A stretch of 58,117 nucleotides of DNA from Mesotaenium endlicherianum (taxonomy: Eukaryota): positions 1-58,117 of the forward strand of contig WELA01002181.1 in assembly GCA_009602735.1 (NCBI GenBank), read 5' to 3'. The position numbers and the translations under genes are program-made. Within the stretch, counting starts at the first letter, position 1. Each line of letters begins with the position of its first letter. Positions 44,584 through 57,269 of this stretch are shown here, piece by piece. The notes below the pieces were generated by a model. That model was not told the DNA's origin, did no database searches, and saw only the letters and a list, made by a program, of their open reading frames with translations.

Positions 44584-45409
44584 TGTAGATAGGTATAGTG
44601 CATTGAATTTTGAGACTTTCAGCTTTGCCCATTAGCAATAATTAGCTGAGGGACATTCATTTATCCATTTTTGTTGGGCTCCTAGACCTTGGGATATTAT
44701 TAGTCTTTGGAGTCGACCCTTCCTGGAGCATGGCTGCAGTTTATGGATCAATAAAGATTGTAGCCTTCAGGCAGCGTGACATACAATATTTACTTTTGTG
44801 ATTTGCCCAAGGCATGCAAGTGACGAGCATTATACAAATGGATACTTTCGCATAGGTGGTTTTTTTTCACAAAGAGTGGTCATAGTGTGGGACCCTACTG
44901 TTCTAGCTTTTGGCCACTCATTTCCTGCTGACTTCTTCCATATTGGAAAACACAGAATTCACGAATAGGCACATAACAAACACAATCTGTTAGAAAACAC
45001 TTTCTGAAATGGTGCTACATTCACTATGCAGTAGATAAAAACCTGATCATCTACAAAAGACTACAAATCTAAGTGCCTCAGTCACAGATATTAGACAATC
45101 GTGTGCGACAATGTGGTACCAAACTTCAAGAACGAGGAAAAGGGCTGTAAGCAGGCCCCATTATACGCATTGTCAGATGTTACAGACGAAGTTGTTGGGT
45201 GTACATTGGGCATTTCAGGAGTCAATGTCTCCCGCTTCTCCACTCCTATAGCAAACAAATAATGTCGTCCCAACAACCATGCCCCAGCCAAGCATCCTTT
45301 CAGAATGCGAGACTCATGGCTCTCTGCATTCGCTTCTACTCCAAAAGCATTTGAAGGAAGAACCTTCAAATCCTCCAACTAATCTCTTACCTCTGGACGC
45401 GCACATGAG

Positions 45410-46881
45410 CTACAAGAAACCTCGCCTGAAAGATCTTGCTGTCGTCTGGTAAGTCCTGACCAGTAAGCCTACTCCTATCCCAACCCCTATACACATGCCT
45501 AATCCTATGCCTACACCTACCCTTACTCCTGCATTGAACCAAGAAAGTTCTCCTCCTTCATCTGATTCTCCATATATACCCCCTTCTGGACCATGACCAT
45601 GATAGAAACCCCCATAGACACTTTCATGTTTTTCTGCATATGCGGGCAGCCGCTCCTCCAGAATTTGCAATCCCTGCAAAGCGCACCATCGTCTATACGT
45701 CAGGCCCACATCTTTTAATGCACATCTATCAGCATGACAAAACGCAACAACTGGCCCACAAGCCCAAGGAAGGGAACACCTCGAAACCTCTAAATGCATT
45801 CAAATGTATGTGTAGGGTGGAGCACAGCGATACAGTAGAAGCTGAGCGTCAAGCGTGTGCGTCAGAGGCATTACTATGCTACATATAGGGCACGTTTATT
45901 GCCTGCACGACTTCCAAACCTGAACCTGCACTGCATATATCAACAAGCAACTAGATATGAACTATGACACACATCACATCAAGTCAATCTATGATGATCT
46001 CTGCCTCATGGAAACCTTCTCTGAATCATACAAACAGACTAGGTTGCAAGTCATACCCGGCTGTCAGTCACCTCCTCATGCTCCAAGAGATTTGCATCTT
46101 CGGCATGAATAATGGGCCAGTCTGCTTCATCTGCTTCAGGTATTGCATCCAATCCGCCCCGCCTCATTTTCTTTCTTTTACATGTGAGCTTTACAGTCTC
46201 TGTCAATATCACTGGTGAACTCCTATACCTGCCAACTATGCATACCTCAACAGATGGTTGAACCATCGGTGTTGCATACCTCTGCTTGCCTTTTAGAAAT
46301 GCACAACCCCCCTCTCCCATGCAGCATGCACAATCTAACGTCCACCCTAATCTGCCGCTCTGTACTTGAGCTTCGGCGGAGTCTGATCCTGGCTGGCACC
46401 TGAGGCCTGCTGACCCAGCATGATGTAGAGTTCCAGCAAGAATTGACTCGTCTCCAACGTAAACCTCAAATGAGACGGACTTGTCTGCTCGCAGATTATC
46501 CGTACTGACATAAGTAGCTTCCGCTGAATCGCAACTGACCCTATCCCTTCGAAGTAGTACCATGGCTTCTTCTGAAGGGGCTATTCTAGCTCCATTGACC
46601 TCCAGGTTTGTGCTTATATCTCTTGAGGGACACTTGAAGACCAGCGATTCAGGCGACGTATCGTCATCTAATAGTGCTGCGCTAACTCGCACATATATAA
46701 CCCGTACATCAAACCAGCAAGGTTGCTGCTGTAAACCGCCCTGAGGACGCTGTCCTTTACCCCCACTTCGACCATGTCCCATGATAACGGCAGCCGGACT
46801 CTCGTCCTCATGGTCTGGTCCCCTAGAAATTATGACGGGACCACCAGCTGCTTCTCTCTCTGCCACTGTAGTTTGCTGCAT
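45410..46881 (-). CDS. At1g01500/At1g19400-like uncharacterized plant protein with a C-terminal Gly-rich transmembrane segment; 2 exons, 357 aa
   Basis: Exons (minus strand) 46881-46072 and 45673-45410 (1074 nt). Motifs WFDVRVIYVRVS, LEVNGARI, LRRDRV...EATYVSTD, SPVILTETV, LDAIPE and GELSWFNAGVRVGVGIGLGMCIGVGIGVGLLVRTYQ. Confidence 0.85.
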
Positions 46882-48314
46882 GACCAGAATGTGCTCTGGC
46901 CGATTCCTCCCAAATATTTCTTGTATCCCTACTACGGCTGTGTCTCATTGAATGAACCTGAAAGTCCTAGTCGGAAATGAACCGCAGTAAACGATATGAA
47001 GGAGCTTTAACCGCTTGAAACATACATCCATGTCCTAGTCCTCTTTCCTGTTGCAGGAGTGACAAGGTGAGCGCCTAATTTAGGTCATACATCCTCCTTG
47101 CCCTGAGCTCAAGGCACAAGTCTCGCACCCAATCGTGATTTTCCACCTCGGCCACATTTTATTTAATTCCTTATTTGATTTCCCCAGAGCTGCAGAGAGC
47201 TCCACCACTGTACTTTGACGATGACACCTGAAGGTTCTTGTTCGCTCGCCTCGGTACTTCCCTGCATGCTCCCACGAGGCTCTTCGTCCCTGCACCTCTC
47301 CACTTTCGATTATATTGAGTGGCACGATCTGATGGCTGTCATTCGACCGGATGAGTCTCTGCCTCGTGAAGTGAATCTAGCATAGCAACGGGCATCATCA
47401 GGGGCGATTCAGGACGGTGCATCTCAGTGCATCTAGCTCTGATCTAGCTGACATGAGACGAGGATGGACGCGACGAGGTATTTTACACATGAACACGCAT
47501 GTTTGTTCTCAGTGGTTCTCAGTCAAATATCTTAGAAGCCTCAAATGAAGATATAAAAGCATATTTACCTCGAAAACATTAATTTCAAGAAGACGGATTG
47601 GTGATGCTATTAGTAGTCCAGGTTATGAGAGAAAGTGATTCTCACATTTGCTTTAGGCCGTCCTGCTGTGTTAGGTTGTGCTATATTCTCACATTTTTCT
47701 TGATGTATGAGTCCATATACCAATATGGCATCGATCTAAAATATTCCTGCAGAAAAGCGAACCAAGCACTTCGTGTGGAAACTCATTGAGCTATGTATGC
47801 TCACATTGTGATGCCAGAAGGTTTCTATCATATCATCATATAATTTTACTCAACCATGGCGTGACTTGACCTTTTCTACTTTTTTCAAATTCATCAAACC
47901 AAGCACTAGCTGAATGCGTTCCATGGTGCCTTTTAAAGTACATGTGATTCATTAGAAAAAGCTTGTAACCTGTAGTCAACGGGTATATGCACCTCAAATC
48001 CATCATATCAATCAAGATGTTCAATTGAAACACTATGTATGATTAGTAAATACCCGAGAAGAGAGGAGAAACACACTCCCTAAACACTTAACCATAAATA
48101 GTACAATTTCAAGCTTCGTAATAAGTTTCATAATCACGCACTTCACTCAAAAAAAGCACAGGAACTACACATAGAGACCAAAATTATTTATTGATATCGC
48201 GTGCAAGTACCAACAAAGAGCGCAAGAGCACTCCAATCAACTCGACAAACACCATGCCCAATAAGGCAGATTGATAGTTTGAGATCAACTGAATGCTCGT
48301 ATATAGAATGCAAG

Positions 48315-51300
48315 CTATTGCACAGGAGCCGTGCGTTCCGTGCGATCCATGGCCCCAATGACAGACACTTGAGAAGGCAAGACTGTGGCCCTCAAAGCGG
48401 CCCCATGGCTGACGGGCCTCTGCACACCTAGGACTTTGATGGGCATCCCGTCCGAATCATCGTGGCTGCCATGACCCACGCGCCACGTCCTGTCCTTCTT
48501 GCGCGGCGCTTTCTTCTGCATCTTGTGGGCCAGGCCTGCCGCCGACTTTCGCCTCGATTCCTTTCGCACCCCTCCAAGCTCTTCGTCTCCAATCAACCTC
48601 AGAGTGTCGAGGCTCACGGTAGCGGTGTCCGCCTCGTCGCCAGGCGCTCCTTCCCCGCCGGCTTCTGCTCCTCCCCTACCACTGGGGCCGGCCCTTGCGG
48701 AGCTGGAAGCTTGCCCTGCCCGATCCTCCACCTCCCCCACATCCTCCTCCTCCTCATTTCTCTCCTCTCCCTCCTCCCCCTCCTCGTCCGACTCCCACTC
48801 TTCGTCGTCGCCGATGTCCTCATCGCCACCCGCCCCGGTGCTCCGCGGGCCCCTAGCCTCGGGATCTTCAGCGAGCGAAGTGTGCGCCAGGGGGGATGCC
48901 GCGTCGGGGTCGGCGGGGGGCAGGTGGAAGTACAGCAGACGGCCGTTGAGGTAGTCTTTGAGGATCTGGCGGGACGCGCGCGTCTCGTCCGGCAGCCCAC
49001 TCCCTGCCACATAGCCGCGCGAGCGCGCGTACGCGCGCAGCAGCTCGGCGGCCGTGGGCGGCCGGTCCTGGGGCTCGTGGGGTGCGGGTTGCGGGAGGAC
49101 AATGCCGTACTCGCGCTCGAGCACGGCGCGCGGGATCTGCTCGGCCACGATCTCGACCGGGCCGCGCTGCTCGGTCATGCGGTCAATGGGCAGCACGCCG
49201 GCAGCCACCATCTCGGAGCGCGACGACGAGAAGGAGGGGAACACGAGGCCGGGGCTGTCGCACAGCATCAGGGCATCGCTCAGGATGAGCGTCTGGAAGT
49301 GCTTCGTCTTGCCCGGCGTCGACGTCACGCCCGTCTTCTTCGCACCGGCCAGCGCGTTCACCGTCGAGCTCTTGCCCACGTTGGGGTACCCCACAAAACC
49401 CACCACGCAGCGGTTCAGATCCACCTCCCTGCCCTTCGCCGCAGGATGGCGCACACTTGCACCTGCACCTGCACCTGCACCAGCGCCGGTGCTGGCACTG
49501 GCGGCATTGGCACCAGCACTGGAGCCGGCGGCGCCAGCAGAGGAGGAGGAGGCAGCAGCAGCAGCAGCAGCAGCTGCAGCCTCGTTTCTGAGGGCGGCAG
49601 CAGCCATGGCCTCCCGCTGGAGGTGCTCGATGAGGGCCTCCCGTGAGAGGATGGCACTCGCCTCGTCGCCGCTGTGGTTGAGGGCAGCCGCCTCTTCGGG
49701 GGAGATGCTGCCGTCGAGGATGCCCGACGCCTGCTTGGCGGACCAGAACACGTGGCGGATGCCCTGCTTTGTCAGATAGCGCGCCCACTTCGCCCTGCCA
49801 CCTCATCACCCCCGGCCGTAATCTCGGGTCATTACACCTGGCAGCGGTACGCACAACCCACTCTTTCACAAAAGACCACACTTCACCCGCCGCCGCCGCC
49901 GCCGCCGCTAAAGCCAGAGGGGGAGGCGCGCCTGGACTTGCCCCTGGGTGCTAGGAAAAGTAGTGAGTGATGTACTGAGGGGGGGAGCGCAGCCACCCGT
50001 TCACCCGCTCACCTGACAGAGACGGGCAGCAGGTCTGCCTTGTTGAGAAGCAGCATCGTGCTCTTGCACGGGTTGATCTCCTTCACATAGCGCTGCACGC
50101 CCCAAAGCAGCCAGAGCACACAAATTGCCCCCCCGGAGGGCTTAGGTGGCACACTTTTGTGCACTGGGTGTGTGCCACTCGGCTGCCAGCTAGAGACGCA
50201 CGAGCTGGCCTCCTGAGCAGGAGCCACATGGAGCAAAGGCAGTGGGTGGAGATAGAGGAGAGGGACAGGTTAGCACCTCCAGGTCAGCGCATCTGTAGAA
50301 GAGCGGGTTTCTAACGTCCACCACCATCACCATCTGCACGACCACCGCCAGATACCCCACAACACCCAATAAGCACCTGCCAGCTCATGGAGATGGCGCT
50401 TCAGGGGCAACGTGCCCCACCGCGTGAGAAGACCCCTACCACGACAGCGGTCTATGCAGTCAGTCAATCAGTCAGTCAATCAGACAGACAGTCAATCAGC
50501 AGACAGTCAGACAGTAAAATCAATTGCAGCCAGTCAATAAGTTCGGGCACACAAATCAAGAGGCAAGTTCCCCTGCGGCTGAAAATAAGTTACACCTGGT
50601 GCACGATCATGAGCACTCCCTCTGAGAGAAAGAGATTGGACAAAAGAAGGGTGACACAAGGTGGCTAGCCTCGGGGTGGCTGGTGACGACATGTGGCATG
50701 CAAGGGAGAGAGCAGCAAGACCGATGAACCGAAAGGTGGCGGGGCGCGCGCACTCACCAGGTCGCTGCGTTCGAGCACGCGCCACAGCTGCCGCCAGATG
50801 TCCAGGTTCTTCTCAAACGGCGTCAGCACCAACTTCTCGTTCTCCTCCAGGCTGCAGTGCAGTGCACACCACACCCCCGTGTCAGCCTGCTCTCCACGAG
50901 GGCGCCCTAGGCTCACGGCATACTACTTTGCTGGAGTCCCAAACCTTTGCACTCTCAGACGCTCTCTTGCTGCCCCTCTTGCTGCTGTCGCGGCAGCAGC
51001 ACATGGTGTAGTTTCTCCCACACGGGGGCTGGAAGAGGGGCAGGGGTAAGGGACCCACAGGCTTTATGGCCTCAGCTTGGCTTCGACCAGAGCCACGGGA
51101 GACACCCCAGGAGCAGGAGGGGGCTATCCCTCTCTGCGACCCCTTTCACTCCCTTGCTCTCAGTTGGCTCTGATAAATGGATAAAAGCTCAGGGAGAGGA
51201 AAGGGACAAGTATGTGTAGCTCCCTTGTGAGAGGGAGGCCGAGCACAGAAGAAACGGTGGAGCAGCTGGGGGCGATCGCAGGGAGAGGGAGAGCAGATTG

Positions 51301-52525
51301 AGAGGGACAGAAGAAGAAAGGGAGGGATGGAGAGGATGAGGGAGACAGAGCAGGAGCCGGAGGCCACGACAAAAGTTGGACTGTCAAGAGGCCGGGTAAC
51401 CAGCTGGCAAGGGCTAGGCAGGCGCCACCTGGCCAGCTGTGACCAGCGCTCCTAGGAAAGACATCGCGAGATTGACAGCTGGCTCCTGTGAATTTCTGGT
51501 GTGTAGTCGAGGGCGCGCAGAGAGTGGAGACAAGCGTGGGGGCCATTGGGGGCCGCATGCGATGCCGAGACCGTTCTGCTGGACAAGAAGCCGATGTCCG
51601 CAGACTAAACTGAATGGCAATTGTGAGCCGGGGTTGCCAACAAACACAAGCACCTTACGGGATGACAGACGCTGCTCACTCTTCACCACGTGGCAAAAGA
51701 CTGGAACGCAGATGCACACCAACACAGGCGTTACTCTCGCATTGCCCAATCATGTGTCACCCCCCCATACGTGCATCCCTAGAGAGCCCTTCATGATGAC
51801 ACAGGTGCACAGTCAGCCAAGCGGAAGGCGAAACCGATTGTAACGAGTTCTTTTTTCATATGAAGAAAGTGAAGAAGATCTGCCTGGTCAACGCCTTATG
51901 CTTGGTGCCGCCTGGTGCCGAGCAACAGGGCCAGGAGCTGAATGACTCCGAGTGCTACGTATACACACAGCCTAAATGATCACGAGAAAAGAAGATGCCT
52001 GATGAAGGTAATGCGGCATCCACTCCCTTATAAGAAAACAAATTACGGTTCTTAAGAAACAGAGTGAAGGAGTGCAGGGGAGGCGAGAGGACAGGAGAGG
52101 CGGACAGCAGTGAGGCCATGGCAGGCGCTCGCGCGCACACACACACACACACGCACACACCTGACAAGGCCGCGGCGCCAGTCGAGGAAGGACGCACGCT
52201 CCAGCTGGTCCAGCTGCTCTGCCGTGGTGGTGCTATCCCATGCGGGCCTGCACACACCCCCACCCCTTGCCTCAGCTGCTGTTGAAGGTGCCGATAAAGA
52301 GCTCACCGGCTCTGCAACGCCAGCGCCTGCTGAGGCAGATGCAGAGAGGCACTGCTTCTTGGTCCCAGCGCTGTACCTTGGGTTGGTCTTGTCACCCCCT
52401 GCTGTTTGAGCTCAAGAAATAGAGCACTCGGTCAGGAGAACGATAAAGATACTGTGCACGTGTTTTCTTCTGTGTGTCTATGTACGTGTATGTACGTGTG
52501 TGTGTGTGTGCGTGTGTGTATGTGT

Positions 52526-52557
<32 letters not shown>

Positions 52558-53957
52558 GGGGGGGTGGGGGCATTACCTCGAAGCGCTTGCTCTCCCTCTG
52601 CACGTCGCGGCATAGGGAGGAGGGGCTCTTTTTGACGTCGCAGTTGACCAGCGTGGAGTTGGACGCCCGCCAGTCAAACCGTAGCAGCCGCCCGCCGCCA
52701 GGTCCCTCCTGCATTTCCTCCGCCCACCCACTCGAGGGGGGGGCCACAGCCATGTCAGTAGATGCTCTTGCCACATCATACCCCAGAAACCAACGGGCTC
52801 TGTCTGTGCACGTGCGGGAAGGGGGAGCGCCAGGAAGCAACCAGCCGTGGGTGCACGGGCGCAGACAAGACACTCGAGCACACAAATGCGCAGGTATAAG
52901 AGCACCTGAAAGCTGAAGTGCTCCCGTGTAGAATGACGTAGGTGGAGGTCTTTGCGGATGTGGCGACAAAAAGAAACTTCTCTCTAAGAGGAAGGTGGGG
53001 GGCACGAGAGTGCAGACGGCAGAGGAAGATGCGACGCTCACAGCGCTCAGCAGAGCTCAGCACAGCACAGCACCTGCATGCTCCAGCACTGGGGTCGACT
53101 TCCCATGCTGGACCACAGATCCTTGCTCACGCCTCCTATTGCCTCAAAGTGGCAGAAGTGCTGCACGCGTGCACCTTCGTTCGTGCACGCTTGCGCGCGT
53201 GCGCACGCACACACACACACACACACAAGGGAGGGAGGGAGGGAGGGCGGGAGGGAGAGAGAGGCAGAGAGAGAGAGNGGGTAAGAGAGGACCAAAGAGA
53301 GCCAGCTAGCATGAGAGGACAGGCACCTGCGGGGGATGGTGAGGGCGTGCATCATGCGAGCCTCCTCCGCCCGCTGCTGCGCCGCCATCTCTGCCTTGCT
53401 CAGCCCTCCTGCTGCCGCTGCTAGCTCGCTGCGGCCCATGGCAGACCCCACCCCTCCCCCCCCAGACAACAGAAACATCCCACCAGGCCCCAGAACGGAC
53501 TCGTAAGGTGCCAACCTTTCTCCCCACCTCTCTCCTCGGCACTCCACAAGCTGCGGAATCCAGAAGCCCCCCGGCCAGCCAGCCAGGCAGCCAGCCAGCT
53601 TGCACAATCTGCAGTCTGAATGTGGCTGTGCCTTCACCGAGAGGGGTCGGTGCTCGAGAAACATTCTGCAATCTGCAGACAGCAGGAATCATGGAAGGGG
53701 GACCACCTGCTGAGGATGACCTGGGCGTTGCCACGCTCAGCTGTGAAATCGCGATCTGCCAGCTCAGCAGTATAGAGGAGCTCGTCTAGGTCATTGCGGT
53801 CTATGATGGACTGCAGGGCGGGGCGGTCGGCCTCCTCTAGCTCCTCCGTGTGCAGCCTGCTAGGGTCTGCATTGTCAAAGCCCTTGGATCGATTGAATCG
53901 ACGCCTGATAAGCGTGTGGCCTACCCCCGGAGGCCCTTTCTTCTTTGCCTGAGGCAT
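48315..53957 (-). CDS. LSG1: Large subunit GTPase 1 (circularly permuted GTPase, 60S biogenesis); 7 exons, 716 aa
   Basis: Exons (minus strand) 53957-53707, 53428-53327, 52247-52161, 50851-50758, 50333-50277, 50092-50013, 49794-48315 (2151 nt). Motifs AELADRDF, IPRRPAW, FLDWRR, LTPFEKNLDIWRQLWRVLERSD, DVRNPLFY, NKADLL, FWSA, GYPNVGKSS, TPGKTKHFQT, DSPGLVFP and LPDETRASRQILKDY. Confidence 0.95.
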
Positions 53958-55010
53958 CACTCCTTGCCTTTAGCTGCATGCATAAGCAGATGCAAGCAGG
54001 TGCAGGCATCAGCATCACACCAATTTTGCTCGCTTTTTTCACGACATCTGCAGGTTCCTACAGAGGTTGTGAAAGAAAAAAGCTTCCTTGCAGGCGATTC
54101 TCCTGCTGTTTATTACATGCTGAAAAGTACCAAAACACCCTCCGTGCCCTAACGAAGCAATGAGCACTACATGCTCAGGCTGCCTGTATCCTTGCCCTTT
54201 CTGCGAGGGTCAGCAGTAAAAGAAAGGTAGAAGTTCAGTGATAGACACCAATTCATTGCCAAAGTACAGATAACGGGAGAAGAACCTATATGAAAAGCTG
54301 AGCCCAAGACAACATAAATATTTTCTTTCACCATGCATCACACAATTTGCGTTCCGTTCCCAGACTAATTGGGCTCTGCACCTTGCTAATACCACACTGA
54401 TTCGCACCTGGAACAAACTGTCTGTAATACCCCTACACCACAGAATAGAGTGGAACAGGAGTGAGTGTCACCCAGTAAATAAACCCTCCTGCTATAAACG
54501 CTTGCCACTCCTACACATAGTGATGAACGCTTGAAAAAGTTGACTCTATCCATGACTATAATAATCATCAGCTATATACATAACAGTAGAGGAACTAGAC
54601 AGGATGCGCACATACATGTTGCACGTGAAGTGAATATACCTTCAGTCACTGAAACTTCTCGACCGATGCTTTAAAGTTTGTTTCTTGTCTACGTCACAAA
54701 TACTTCACCTCTGTAGATAGCTTATACAATCTCCAGTGCTAAGTAAGCCAAAACAATCAGACCGTGTGAATGAATGAAACTTCATGCAGCAATTGTGCTG
54801 CAAATATCCCGCAGCGCCCCCAAATAATCAAATATGGCATGAGTGCCCATGAGGGCGTACATCGTGAGGCCCTGAAGCTCGGGCCCCAGCTGCCCCCAGC
54901 CATGAGGAAAGCGTATCAAATGATATCGACCAGTTGGTGTGATTAAATAAAATTGACAAAAGTACGTCCAAGTACGCCACACTTGGCCAAATAGTAGGCG
55001 ACCATGTTGA

Positions 55011-55050
55011 GTCCCGCCCAGCCCCGCCAAGCTCCGCACTGCTTCGCACG
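55011..55050. repeat. Degenerate 10-bp-period array in the LSG1/phosphorylase divergent intergenic region
   Basis: GTCCCGCCCA GCCCCGCCAA GCTCCGCACT GCTTCGCACG. Confidence 0.6.
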
Positions 55051-55363
55051 AAATGAAAGAGATACCACGTGGTCAAAGGGTACGGATTGCTAGTTGAGGT
55101 CAGTGGAGGTCGAGCATAGGGAACGACGGGTGGGGGGTATTCGGCATTCGGGATTCAGGACTCGGGACTTGCGGGAGCGGAGGATATTTCCAATTCGCCT
55201 GCTGTGCAAGTGCTCAAGTTCGGAGCTGCCGGTTAAGAGCGGTTTGCTGCCAGCGCTTGTATAGTGGTTCAATTTCAGATCATGAAGATGAAAGTGGAGG
55301 AGGGAGTGTAAATCAAATCGTGTGAGGCTCGCCCTTTTCTGTCCTATTCTCTTCCCAGACGAA

Positions 55364-57269
55364 ATGGAGGCTCTGGCGGGGGCTACCAGTGGCCTTTTAT
55401 TTGTAAATCTGCTCTCTCCCTGCACTGCGTCTACCATTGATTCAACCAGGCGAACGAAACTTCTTCGAACAAGTTTCTTGGGGAGCAGCAAAGCCAGATT
55501 ACGGGTCTTGAGATCACCAGGTACTTATGGCGTCGCAGTCAAGCGTGCAATGAAAGTGAACGCCCAAGCAGAGCCTGCACCTCGTCTTATGGCAGTTGAT
55601 TTGAAGAAGTCTCGAAGCCCTCCCGCAACTGTTGCTGTTGACAATGAGAGCAATGATCTCTACACAGTAGTGACGGTGAGTGCTCCAAACAGGCCTGGCT
55701 TGCTCCAGCTCATCACATGCACGTTCAAGGACCTCGGTCTGGATGTTGGCCGGGCCATTGTGGACTTGGACGATCAGGGGCGCGTGGCGGACAAGTTCTT
55801 CGTCGCAGACATGAAGGGCCAGAAGGTCACAGATGCAAAGGACATTGGTCACATTAAGACTTGCGTCCAGAACGTGTTGAACAATGATCAGCACAAGATC
55901 ACCAACAGGACCCATTCCGCCGCTCGACCTGTGACGGTTCGGTCTGAACGCGGCTTTACTGCTGGGACATCCCCGGAAATGAGAAGGAAGACGGAGTTGC
56001 TGTACGGGCTAATGGATCAGTACATCAAGAATGATGTGCTGTCGATCCAGAAGAGCATCGTCGATCACGTCGAGTACACAGTCGCACGAAGTCGCTACAA
56101 GTTTGACGACTTCGAAGCCTATCAGGTGCAGCATCCGGCTCCCTCTCCTCCTCGTATGCCTACTAGATGCTTTGGAACAGGACAGGAAGGTTGGGCAGTG
56201 TGGCCTGGCAGGACAAACACACTTTAATTTGCAAGGCTTCCATCCGCAGCAAGAAAATGCTGAAGAACAGGAAAAACCGACGCTGAGTTACCTTTGCTTA
56301 ATTCTCTGGCATTACATTCGCCTCAGCAGGTTTTGCTTTCCGCTGCTGCTAGGAAAGCATGCTTCTCGTACATATCAGGTGGTTTTGTGGCCTCTTTTCC
56401 AGCTAGCTCCACATGCATATATGGTGTCATGTGGGATGTGATCACTGAGTGTGGCAAGGGGGAGAAGGGAAGGAAGAGAAGGGGAGGAAGGCCAGCTCTT
56501 TGGCCTGCTCTTCAAATCATTCAGGACTCGGTGGGGCGTGTGGCGCGAGCAGGGCACGGCGTACAGTGTGCGCGACCGGTTGATAGAGAGCTGGAACGAC
56601 ACGCAGCAGTACTTCAAGGACAAGGACCCCAAGCGCGTCTACTACCTCTCCATGGAATTCCTCATGGGTCAGTCTGCTGCTGCTGCTGCTGCTGCTTCTA
56701 CAGCTGCTGCTACTGCTCTTTCTGCTGCCGCTGCTACTCCTCTACAGCTGCGGCTGCGGCTGCTGCTGCTGCTTTAACCACCTTGGACTGGTTCCATGCT
56801 CCTGGCTTGCCAATAGCATGGAGTACCACCCGGCATTAATCTCTGACTGCTCAGCACCCTGAACCCCAGAGCCTCGCTTTCTGCCTACCCCCCACGTGCT
56901 GCATCCACCTGGCACTCGCCTGCTGGCATCTGGCCACCTGGCGTGCAAGTCCCACACGCAGCCACCAGCTGCCGGGAGGTTGCTTTGCCCTTTCGGTCCA
57001 TGCATGCTCGTGTGCGGTTGTTCCTTCCTCCATCCCGTGCACCTCCTCGTCCTCCTCCTCCTGCTTCTCTTACGCTTCCTCCTTCCGCCAGGCCTACGGG
57101 GCCTGAAAGTGAAGAGGAGCATCCGGCTGCTGCTGCTGCTGGGGTGGGGTGGGGTGGGGTGAGGCCAGGCCGCTCGCTGCTGAACAGCATCTTCAACCTG
57201 GGCATCATAGACCAGTACTCCGACGCGCTCTCGCAGCTGGGCTACGAGCTGGAGGAGATTGCCCAGCAA
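55364..57269 (+). CDS. PHO: Plastidial alpha-glucan (starch) phosphorylase with N-terminal ACT domain; 5' part only, gene runs off the window
   Basis: Exons 55364-56125, 56553-56667, 57169-57269. Transit-peptide-like N-terminus, then an ACT domain (VDNES...[10 protein letters not shown]...DKFFV), then GT35 phosphorylase N-terminal motifs [27 protein letters not shown] and [18 protein letters not shown]. An acceptor-like TTCCCAG at 55352-55358 suggests a 5'UTR intron. Confidence 0.92.

Noticed and set aside
48462..49779. Long plus-strand ORFs (394 aa, 241 aa) antisense to LSG1
   Set aside because: Shadow ORFs of a very GC-rich exon, with no recognisable motifs.
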